A stretch of DNA of 64,000 bases from Squalus acanthias. Its lineage: Eukaryota. The position numbers and the translations under genes were made by a program. The DNA lies in assembly GCA_030390025.1 (NCBI GenBank), contig CM059438.1:63304001-63368000 (forward strand), given 5' to 3'. The notes under the pieces are model-generated. The model was not told the origin of the DNA, ran no database searches, and saw nothing but the letters and a program-made list of their open reading frames with translations. Shown piece after piece: positions 1-10,224 of the stretch; position 1 is the first letter of the stretch; every line of letters begins with the position of its first letter.

Positions 1-405
1 AACCATTTTAAATAAAAAATTAAATTTTTGAAAAAATTTAAAATCTTTTAAAAAGTTATAAAAATAAACTTACCTGTCTTTAAAGTCTATAAAAAAGATA
101 TACCTGTAAAAAAAAATTCAAAAAAATACTTAATTCACTACTTACCTTCTTAAAAGCGGGTCTTACTCCTCCTTTTTACATTTCCAAAATCTTCCCTACT
201 TACCTGCGCGTCCAAAGCATGAAGTGCACAGCGTGCGCGCAGCCTGTAGCGCGCACGCGATGCACCCAGGCCCCGCCCCCTTTTCAGAAGAGCAATTGCC
301 GGTTTTCAGCGCATGCGCAGGGCATGCAGAAAACCGGCAATTGGAGTGGGAATACGCGAGAGTATGCAGTGCGTACTCTCGCGCACCGAGATCAATTTTC
401 GGCCC
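1..405 (-). mobile_element. Non-autonomous TIR DNA element (Harbinger-type MITE), truncated by the window start
   Basis: Ends in TIR CAATTTTCGGCCC followed by AAT. Reverse-complement homologous to the complete copy at 38837-39600 (two subterminal hairpins, AT-rich core). Confidence 0.75.
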
Positions 406-1027
406 AATGCCTTAAGGATAGAAGAATGGGAGCGGGGGTTTGAAGAGAAGATTGACGAAAAGAGAGGCTTTGTTGAAGATAGCCAATAGGGTGTTCACAG
501 GAGCAGCCCTCAGTATTATTTTTAAAGCTTCCCTTCATGTGAGGAAGACCCTGACCCAGAGACGGATTAAGAATTCCTGGGCACCAAGAACATTCAGGGC
601 CCCTCTGCATCCATCACACAACCCCCCTCCCCAATCCATTAAAACACATATGTGTAGTAAAGCACGTGAAGAAATTGGCCCCGAGAATGTTTGCGCACTG
701 CATTACCAATAAAGCAAATCCTATCTACTGTACTATGAAACTGATCTCTTTGTATGCAGTATGTTGGCCTTATGGTGAGTTTTAAAGGGGTGTTGGAGCC
801 TCTTGGCACATAAGAAATAGGAGCAGGAAATAGGCCATACAGCATGGACCCCGTGTGTTAATTTGCCCCCGATCTGGACACGTGCAACACGCCACTCGCT
901 CTGCCATCGCTTCATCCCTTTTTCCAGCTGTCTTGTTTGTTTTCTGTCACTGAATTGCTGGAGTCCCAGGCTTCACTTAGGTCTCAGTGCTGTCTTTAAC
1001 CATAATGTATGGCCGTTGACCTTGCAG

Positions 1028-1153
1028 GAACCCAGACATGCTGAGAGATATTGCACCAGGGAGTCAGCTGCCATTTGTTATTTACAACGGAGAGCTCAAG
1101 ACGGATAATAACAAAATCGAGGAATTTCTGGAGGAGGTGCTCGCTCCTCCCAA
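1028..1153 (+). CDS. CLIC3: CLIC3-like chloride intracellular channel, internal coding exon (126 nt)
   Basis: ttgcAG|...|GTaagt. Encodes [42 protein letters not shown], a CLIC thioredoxin-domain segment; APGSQLP matches CLIC3. Upstream exons lie outside the window. Confidence 0.93.
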
Positions 1154-1479
1154 GTAAGTCAAGGCTACATTTGATCTTTTTGTTCAGGTGTAAGACGAGA
1201 TCTGATGTGATGCTCTGCCGCTTCTCGGAGGCAGCAAGAAGCTAGTGGAGGCACAGCGCAGATCCAGTCGCTAATGAAGCTTCGGTTTGTTTTCTGGTTT
1301 GTTATCCTGGGCACACGACCAAAAATTCATATAGGTATCAGAGCCAGTGAAGATAATCCGAACTGGCAGCAACTAAGAAGTCACTTACGAGACTATGAGA
1401 AAATGCAGAGGCTGTGGGATAAAAAGGGGAGGGGGGAGGGGTAAAAGACTCAAATGTAACTTGACCAGAAAAGTGTAGA

Positions 1480-1895
1480 ATCATAGAGTCATCTAGCAGA
1501 GAAGGAGGCCATTTGGCCCATCGTTCCTGTGCCGGCTCTTTGAAAGAACCATCCAATTAGTCCCACTCCCCTGCTCTTTCCCTGTAGCCCTGCAAATTTT
1601 TCCTTTTTAAGTTATATCCACTTCCCTTTTGAAAGCTACTATTGAATCTGCATCCACCACACTTTCAGGGAGTGCATTCCAGGTCATAACAATTTGCTGA
1701 ATAAAAAAAATCTCTCCTCTCTGGTTCTTTTGCCAATTATTTTAAATCTGTGTCCACTGGTTATCGACCATCCTGCCAGTGGAAACAGTTTCTCCCTATC
1801 TACTCTATCGAAACCCCATATAATTTTGAATACCTCTATTAAATCTCCCCTTAACTTCTTTTGCTTTAAGGAGAACAATCCCAGCTTCTCCTAGA
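1480..1895 (-). mobile_element. CR1 LINE 3' fragment
   Basis: Minus-strand LRGDLIEVFKI..GFDRVDREKLFPL (CR1 ORF2 C-terminus) and a TTCTATGA-type tail. Confidence 0.85.
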
Positions 1896-2265
1896 GCTGT
1901 ATTTCCCATTTGAGAACCTATTATAAAAGGGCTCCATTGTGTCTCCTCTTGTCGTTCAACAAGTTGCACAGCCTGAGGCAAAACTGCTGCATTGCAGTTG
2001 GGAACGCCAAGTGCTTTCATTGTTGAACGGTTCTTCATATTTTGAAGAGCTCTTGTTTCTATGACAGCGGGAGCACTTGTTGAAATTCGGGTGCTGATAA
2101 CAATGAAACATTGTTCAACATCCTGCAGGTGAACTTGTAAGTTCTCACCAGACAACCAAAACAAAGCACAGCTCTTTTTTATGTTGTCTTGGAGTTATGA
2201 AGGTATTGCACTTGCCTGTGATACCAGGGCACCTTCACAGTTGAAGTCAAAAAATTAAACACTTA

Positions 2266-2982
2266 GGGGGTAAAATTGGGTCGTGCCCCCTTTGGGGCAC
2301 TAACTTCGCCGGGGCGTACTTTTAGTACCCCCCGCACCCGAAATTGAATGGTAGCGCCCCAAGTAGGAGGCGGGGCGCTACTGGAATTACTCCCCCTCCC
2401 TCTTGGGGCGCTCCCATTGAATATTGCGGCGCTACGTGAAGCAGCGCCACGCGCGCCGGCACGTAGCACCGCGGTACTGCAGGCCTCCCTCCCCTGATTA
2501 AAGGGGAGGGGGCCTAGCGCAGCGTGCACCGGGGCCCTGCTGGACCACCGGGGAGCGAGTTGCCGGCAAAAGAGCCCGGCACTCAAGAAGAGTGCCGGGC
2601 TGACCGATCGCGGCCGGCACCCCGCAGGAGGAGGCCAGAGGGGACAGGTGCTGGCAGGCGGCACAACAAAAAATTGCCATCCGGCACCTGCCCTTTAATT
2701 TGCACCGCCGTGGCCGCTGAAACACCACCCTGACCCGGTCGGACATAGCGTCAGGCGGCAGGTCAGGGGGCGCAACCCACGTTTGCGGCCGGGGCGCAAG
2801 CGGGGTGCTGCGCATGGCGATGACTTCATCGCTGGAGGCACAGCGCTGCGGGGCGCTACCGCCGCCGCTAACCTCCCACTGAATTTCGCGGGAGGCGTTA
2901 GTGGCGTCGCGCCCGGGCGCTAGGTGCTTTGCCCCCCGTTAGCGCCCCCTTGGGAGGCGCAAAGCAACCGAATTTTTCCCCC
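2266..2982 (+). mobile_element. GC-rich TIR element (MITE) in a CLIC3 intron
   Basis: TIRs GGGGGTAAAATT / AATTTTTCCCCC, many GGCGCT/AGCGCC motifs. Reverse-complement homologous to 34248-34948. Confidence 0.8.
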
Positions 2983-3423
2983 GAAACACTTAATCAGCAA
3001 ATTCAGTGTTCTGCAAAAACCTGCATTTGCCCAGAGAAGGAATATTGCACAAACCTAGAATGAGAGGCTAGACGGCAAACTCATCTCTTGCTCCAATACC
3101 ATCCAAGGCCATGCAGTCTGTTGGGTTTGGATGAAAAGTGCCTCATTCCATGCCGGGAAGTAACTGGACTGTCAACCCTTTCCAATGGAAGATTCTGACT
3201 TTTGCCGTTGTGGATGCAGAAGTGTGTATCATGGAGCCTCAGGGAGGGGGAGGAGAAGCACAAGTAAAGTTTAAATCCATGTTTTCACTAAACTGCAAAA
3301 ATGTCACGTGGCTGAAAATAACTGAGATTGGGTCACTACTGAACCAATGATCCTTGAAAAAACACAGCTGTTTACAAACTTGCAGACCCACAACATTCCA
3401 ACACAGTAAACCAACAAATGAGA

Positions 3424-4287
3424 GGTAAACCATGCCAAAAACCCTCCTATTTAGGAGTCACGCTCAATCGCACCCTGTCGTATAGACAGCATCTCTAGAA
3501 CCTTGGGGAAAAAACTAAAGCGTAAGGTCAACTTCATCCAGAAACTCGCCGAATCCGCATGGGGAGCAGATGCTCATACCCTCCATACGACAGCACTCGC
3601 CCTGGTGTACTCTACAGCGGAGTCCTGCTCTCCGGCATGGCTATCAAATCCGCATGTCAAATCTATTGATGCCCAGCTGAATTCTACTATGAGAATTATC
3701 ACGCTTTTATCGACACCAACACCTTGGCTGCCCGTGCTTGCAAACATCGCACCACCACACCTACGCCGCGAATATGCAGTCTCCAGAGAATACAACCGCT
3801 ACATCAGCAAAGACATGCCGATCCAGGCTGCCTTGAAAAACTGGCCACCAACCCATCTCAAATCTAGAAGGCCATTTTGGACTGTCACCGAAGCCATTCA
3901 GCGATCTCCTCTCAGCCTTGATGACCAATGGCGAAATGCTTGGAAGAACTGTTACATACGGAATGCATTCTTTATAGAGGACCCCACAGTACAACCTGAA
4001 GGATCAAACCTTCCTCGCAAACAGTGGACAACCATCAACCGCCTCAGAACTGGTCATGGTAGATGCTGCCACCTTCTCCATAGATGGAAGATTAAAGCAT
4101 CCCCATCATGCGACTGTGGAGCTCCTAATCAGACCCTGGAGCACATCATTGAGCACTGCCCTCAGAGGAAATTCGCAGGCAGCCTACAAGATATCCACGC
4201 TGTTACACCGGAAGCTTTGGCCTGGATATCAGACTTAGATATTGACATTTGATTTGCTTTTCTGCTACCATATGAAAGAAGAAGAGG
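3424..4287 (+). mobile_element. 5'-truncated Ingi/Vingi-like non-LTR retrotransposon
   Basis: YLGVTLNRTLSY upstream of ORF 3503-4252 (KLAESAWGADA..TALALVYSTAE; NRLRTGHG; CDCG..QTLEHIIEHC zinc knuckle), a (GAA)n tail, and an 8-bp TSD AAATGAGA at 3416-3423 and 4288-4295. Confidence 0.8.
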
Positions 4288-4660
4288 AAATGAGAAATAT
4301 CAGCTCAGAATGTGTCTGCCGCACGTGGAGCTCTCTCTGACTGTGTCTGTTGTATGAGGAGCTCTCCTAGTGTTATACAAGTCCATAGCTTACGCACCAC
4401 ATTTTCTAGGGGGAAGGCTGTAAGAAGGAAAAAATGATCTTTTTTTAATCTCCAATCACCATCAATCCACCATTACCTCTTCAGATGTGAGCCAAGACAG
4501 GGAATGTTGGTTAAGCCTATTACCTACAGAAACATTGCAGCAAAACCAATTCTGTCCTCAACAAGCCTTCATACTTTCTACTAAGGTGGCGATCAGGAGT
4601 GGGAACCTTGGCTGAAATATTTTGCTCCCATTTTGCCTGCAAGGGACCAACTTTAGATAG

Positions 4661-5869
4661 TGGACTAGAAATTTGTTATAGCCAAGGAATGGGCGGTGTT
4701 AGGACAAAAGATGGTGAATTAGCGCCAAGCGAAAATGCTCTAGACTGCACGCAAAATTTGTCCTCGCTGCTCAATAAAATGATTGAGGTCTTGAATCAAG
4801 TCTAAAAACCTAAGCTCATTGGCATTACACTTAAAGGCTGGACCAATATCAGGTGCAATCTAATCGCAACTCATGATTGCCACAGGCTTTTTTCACTACT
4901 TAAAGGGGAGGTTCATTGATGCTGCAGCACCTCATTCTCAGCATTGTTGGCTGTGCAGCTGCCTCAACAACCATAAGAAGAGGACAAGGAGAAGGAGCAC
5001 TTATTTACAAATCCTCATGGAAGATCGCCACCCCAGGGAGAGAGCTTGCAGGTTTTCCCATGAAGCTTTGGAGGCATTGGTTTTAGCGCTGGAGAGAAGG
5101 TGGGCAACTTGCAGGAGGCCCTCGCCACAAGTCTGCCGCAGTATGTGGAGGGAGGTGGCACACCACATCATGGACCGCCCATCTGGAAGCCCGATTGTCC
5201 GGCTGCCTCCTCCCTCCCTCCTGTTCCTCATCTTCTTCCTCCTTGTCTTCTTCCTCCTCGTCTTCTTGCTCCTCATCCTCGTCCTCCTCCCTCTGCACAC
5301 ATGTTCCCGTCTTTCGCTGCCTACGCTCCATCTGCCGTAGATCCTGGAGGGCGAGGTGACATGCCAGTGCAGCCTCCATTAATCTTACCAAGCATTGCAG
5401 TTTGAATCTTTGAATAATAAACGTAGCTACTTTGTATTGCCGCAAGACTTCGGATACAAAAGAACCGTAAAATATTCAATGAAACTGTTGCAGTAGCTGA
5501 AACTAACAAAAAGCCACTGAAACTGCACTAACCTGACAGGTGCGAGTGATTACTGGTGATCCCTTTAAATAACGTCCCTGCAGCCGGCTTCCTGGTGCAG
5601 CACGCCAGCTCTCCCTGTCAGTGTTTACTCCAGGTGGTGAGGTAAGTGGCTAAAAGCAATTTGGGAAATCGGGCGTTCAGTGAGCGTTGCACACTCACTG
5701 ACGTTAGGTCTCCCTGGCATTGAGGTCACCGGCGATAGTTGTTACCGGCAGCGCTACGGGGGTCCCAATTTTGTGTGCGGTGCTGGTTTGGCTTACCCTG
5801 TCGGTACTGGTCTCAACGCCGCATTAGCACCATCTAACCAGCGGCGCTAAGGGGACGAATTGTTCCCCC
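4661..5869. mobile_element. Internally deleted PIF/Harbinger transposon with remnants of two convergent ORFs
   Basis: + 5017-5172 encodes MEDRHPRERACRFSHEALEALV..RRPS..MWREVAH (Myb/SANT-like N-terminus). - strand 5083-5445 has an acidic E/D tract resembling Harbinger transposase C-termini. Degenerate TIRs GGACTAGAAATT / GAATTGTTCCCCC. Confidence 0.65.
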
Positions 5870-7012
5870 ATAAATTTAAAAACTGCCTCTAATAGGAAAA
5901 AATGTCTTCCTTTGAACTGTAGTTTAAAATGTAATCATGCCAACTTATTCCAGCGGCAGCAAAGATTACTAAAGAAAGAAAGACCTTGCATTTTTATTAT
6001 TATATTGTAGTCATTGTTGTAATGCAGGGAAACACAGCAGCCAATTTGCGCAGTGGAGAGAGCAGCAGTGGGATGCCAATGTAGTTCCACTCTCCTGAAA
6101 TCAGCACTTTAAGCATCTATAATGGCTAATTGGAGTTACTATTGAGGTGTGCTGTCCAAACTCTAATAATAAGGTCGAGTAAACTCTTAATAACAATCCT
6201 CCCTGCTGCTCCAGCACAGAGCTACTCATGAGTGAAGTGAGCACAATTAATGAAAGCGCCCACCTCTGAAAAATGGGTTGGCGGTGAGGAATTAAACAAT
6301 CGGACGGGCAGTGTTTCTGGTTGTCACGTCTACTTTCCTACTCCCGAGGGACCTGCCCCGGGAAAGGAAGAGCGACTGGGGGTGGGAGCCACTGAGTGAA
6401 CCAGCAGTGCTATCCATCCAATTGTTTCACCTTCTCCTCTTCCTCTTCTCCCCCCCAGACTGGTAAATCCATTGGGCCCAGGGGGCAGATTTTTCAGACC
6501 GTCCCATTTAAAATTTAGAGGTGGACCCTAATCATCCTTACAGCCAGAGACTGTTTACAATTCATTTATTGCCCATCCCCAGTTGCCCTGAGAAGATGGT
6601 AGTGGGCCTTCTTCTTAAAATGTGCAGTAGAAGTTTGATAGAGCTGAGTGGCTTGCTAGGCCACTTCAGAGGGCAATTAAGAGTCACATGTAAACTGGAC
6701 TGGGCAAGGACAGCAGGATTGGACTGCCCCGGGTTAGTACACCAGCGTTTGATCATTCTAGGCTCTTATTGTGTACCTCTTTGTATCTGCTGGCAGGTCA
6801 CACACTCTCCCACTCAGTTGGGTTACAGCTGCCCAAGAAGGGACGTCTTAGTGAAAGGAACAGGCCAAAGCATAAAAATGGCTTTTCATAAAGATACATT
6901 AACGCACCCCAGTCGATTTGTATCATTTCAGAAACACTGAGGCATGTAGCCTTTTTATGTATTAGTCTTTATTGGCCACAGAGAGTTAAGCTATGCTTCG
7001 TTCTTTCCCCAG

Positions 7013-7119
7013 GCACCCCAAACTGGATGTCAGATACAAGGAATCCAGGACTGCAGGCGCTAATGTCTTTCAGAAATTCTCAGCTTACATTAAGAACCCA
7101 CTTCTTCAAAACAATGAGC
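7013..7119 (+). CDS. CLIC3: CLIC3-like, internal coding exon (107 nt)
   Basis: ttccccAG|...|GTaagt. Phase-compatible with the previous exon; encodes HPKLDVRYKESRTAGANVFQKFSAYIKNPLLQNNE. Confidence 0.95.
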
Positions 7120-7399
7120 GTAAGTTCACCATCTGCTCACTTGAAGCATTGATGTTGTAATGGGGAGGCACAATTAAGGCCCACTTCTTTGAATTGGTAT
7201 TCATATGTTTGGCAGAGAATGCAGAAGGCGTCATTGATGCCCAGGTGGGGGAAATCTACCCTCTTGCCTTTTGGTTAACCAATGTTTTGGACAAGGGCGC
7301 GGCCAGCTTTGGACGTTCAGCGGCCCTTGCTGTTGATGAGGGGCTGGTGCGACTGGTGGCGGGTTCTTGCCTTGTGCTAATAGCTCTCTCTATGTTTAG

Positions 7400-7563
7400 A
7401 TTTGGAGAGGATGTTCCTGAAAGCGCTATTGGACCTGGAACAATATCTGAACACGCCACTGCCACACGAGGATCAAGCCTACCCGTCAAAGAGGTTATTC
7501 CTGGATGGAAATGAGCTGACCCTGGCTGACTGCAACCTCTTACCCAAACTCCACGTAGTTAAG
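7400..7563 (+). CDS. CLIC3: CLIC3-like, internal coding exon (164 nt)
   Basis: tgtttAG|...|GTcagt. Encodes [54 protein letters not shown], including the diagnostic CLIC motif [19 protein letters not shown]. Confidence 0.96.
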
Positions 7564-7734
7564 GTCAGTGTGATTTTAAAACTTTATCCTTATCACTGGG
7601 TCCTCTCTATTTCCACAGAAAAGGTGTTTATCGTCCAATCTGTTCCTTGAGCGAGGAGGGGGTGGGGCATTCTGGGCTAACAGACAACTGTGACTAACAT
7701 TAACAGCACCTTCTGTTTATTGTTTTGAGGACAG

Positions 7735-8085
7735 GTTGCACAGACTAGCCTTATATTCTCTCGAGTATAGAGGATTAAGGGTGATCTAATTGAGGTGTTG
7801 AAAATGATTAAAGGATTTGATTGGGTAGATAGAGAGAAACTATTTCCTCTGGTGAGGGAGTCCAGAACAAGGGAACTTTAACCCCCTTAGTCTGGGGTGG
7901 GGGTGGGTGGGGGCATGGGGGAGTCAATTGAAAATGTCAAAACTGAGATGATAGATTTTTGTTAGGTAAGGATATTAAGGTATATGGAACCAAGGCAGGT
8001 AGATGGAGTAAAGATACTGATCAACCATGATCTAATTGAATGGTGGAGCAGGCTCGAGGGCTGAATGGCCTGCTCCTGTTCCTAT
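7735..8085 (+). mobile_element. CR1 LINE 3' fragment
   Basis: GGTGATCTAATTGAGGTG...GAGAAACTATTTCCTCTGG and tail GGCTGAATGGCCTGCTCCTGTTCCTAT. Confidence 0.8.
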
Positions 8086-8934
8086 ATATTTATTACCAAG
8101 ATCCTGCAGCAGAGGCCTGTTTTACGGCATTTTTTTTGACCACTATTTGAACAATGCATGATCCAGTTGTATGGTTTGTGAGCGACCAAGTCATGGCTTT
8201 GCTACGATGTACGGTCCACTGCTCGCTTAGCAGTGCGGCCACGCGTCCGACTGAAGCTCCCGCGCAGGCCGCTTGCCGGTTTCTCCATGGAAAAACCGCG
8301 CGTGCGCGGAAGTTTGAAGGGGCCGTACACCCAAAAATAAAATAAGAGGGAACAGTGTTCTGAAAGTAATGGTTCGACTTCATTGTGGAAAGTGATGTCA
8401 ATTGTACAATGAAAGTGCTTGAGGTGTCAACGCCTCTCCTTGTGTTAGAGATGGTTTCCCCTCAATTTATTTTGAAAGTGGGTTTTGGTTTGGTTGTCTT
8501 TTTCTCTGCACACTGGCTGGTTAAAGTAGAATTTGTTAAGAAGGAGTAGTTGCTGAATCCCCCCCCACCCACCTGTGTTTCTTTGACCCTGCTACAAATT
8601 ATCTTCTAACCTTTAACCTCACCAGGTCGGAGGGGAGGAGAGGGGAGAAGGAGTGACAGTGACTGCATCGAAACTGTTTCAAGAAATATATTGGCTACCA
8701 TAATAGATCTCTCCCCATGCCCAGCCAGCACCTTTGAATCCACCGAGAAGTGAATGGCCATGAATTTGCTGAGAATCACGCTGTACTGCCCGTCAGAACA
8801 ATGCGTTCTGCCCCTAGGGCAGGTCCTAACTCAAGTCTGACACATGAGATTCTTGATCCACTTGCTAGGGAAGAGTAGCTGAGGTGCTTTATAAATGATA
8901 AATGTCACTGGGCTGATGAACAGACTCCTTCTAA

Positions 8935-9215
8935 CTGCTCAGGTGGATGTAAAAGATCCCGTGAGACTATTTCAAAAAAGAGCAGGGGAGTTCTCCCCGC
9001 GGTCCTGGCCAATATTTATTCCTCAAGCAACACCACTAAAAAAACAGATTTTCTGGTCATTATCACATTGCTGTTTGTGGGAGCTTGCTGCGGGCAAATT
9101 GGCTGCCGTGTTTCCCACATTACAACAGTGACTACACTTGAAAAGTGCTTCATTGGCTGTAAAGCGCTTTGGGACGTCCGAAGGTTGTCAAAGGCGCTAT
9201 ATAAATGCAAGTCTT
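8935..9215 (+). mobile_element. Deu-domain tRNA-SINE (SacSINE1-like), 3' part
   Basis: CAGGTGGATGTAAAAGATCCC...GGCGCTATATAAATGCAAG, shared with full copies at 17325 and 43553. Confidence 0.75.
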
Positions 9216-10062
9216 GCTTTTGATTATTTCTGGTGCAACTGGTGAGCACGGGCTTCCCAAAGTCTTTAAGGAATCTACAGCTGCCTTCTTTCACATTCCC
9301 TCGGCGGAGAATTTCTGGAAAGTAAATGACTAAAAGACAATGAAATGGTTCTTGAGATTGGCGCCATTGCATCTCGAGGAACCATTGCGAGTTTCCCACT
9401 GAGCCACAGCAGACACCATACATTTGCTGTTGACCAAGTTCTTTACTTGCCTTCCCCTAGGTGGGAGAGAATGCATTTGGGAAAGACAGAAACAAACTCA
9501 GTCCAGTGAATCTGCAAAACCATCACCATTTGCATGTGATGTTTAGAGAAACCTCTTTGGACATGTGTTGCATTGTGTACTGTCTGGTTCTCAGTTTATA
9601 TACGGGTCATCTGAGTGCAGCGTTGGCCTTGGGCTTTACTCTATGCACTCTAAGAAAGATCTGATGTGATGACATAAAGATCCCTCACTTACCCTTTGTT
9701 CCTGTGTCCATATGGCTTGGTTTTTAAAAAAAAAAGCTTCAGTGATGAACTTGGACTGATTTCTGAGTTGAGGGGTAGATGAAGAGGGGTGGGAGGAGGC
9801 TCGTGTGGAGCATAAACACCGGCATAGACCAGTTGGGCCGAATGGCCTGTTTCTGTTCTGTAGTTTCTATGTAATTCCATCTATGAGTCTCTCCATCTCT
9901 CCTGTGGTCAGACAACAATTAAAAAATTGGGAGAGAGTGACTACCCGACATAGTATGGAAGGTTGGAGGTCATGGCTATAATCAAGTCCAGGGGCTAACT
10001 ATAGTGTTCATATGGTATATTGTGGTCTGGATGACAACGACAATTATCTGATTTCTTAACAG

Positions 10063-10224
10063 GTTGTGTGCAAGCATTATCGGAACTTTACAATCTCGCA
10101 ACAACTTACAGGCCTGTGTAGATATCTGAAAAATGCAGAGAAACACGAAGAGTTCATGAATACCTGCCCCAATGAAGAGGAGATCAAACTGGCATATAGA
10201 AATGTTGCTACGACATTAAGATAG
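10063..10224 (+). CDS. CLIC3: CLIC3-like, terminal coding exon
   Basis: cttaacAG| phase 0. Encodes VVCKHYRNFTISQQLTGLCRYLKNAEKHEEFMNTCPNEEEIKLAYRNVATTLR followed by TAG (10222-10224); contains the CLIC C-terminal EF..TCP...I..AY motif. Confidence 0.95.
   Translation, partial: VVCKHYRNFTISQQLTGLCRYLKNAEKHEEFMNTCPNEEEIKLAYRNVATTLR

Noticed and set aside
2263..2815. Cluster of GC-rich ORFs (also 34318-35070)
   Set aside because: Stop-poor frames caused by GC-rich MITE sequence; not conserved in frame between the two copies.
7194..7514. 106-aa ORF spanning the short CLIC3 intron
   Set aside because: Out of frame with CLIC3, no recognisable motif; canonical splice sites explain the locus.
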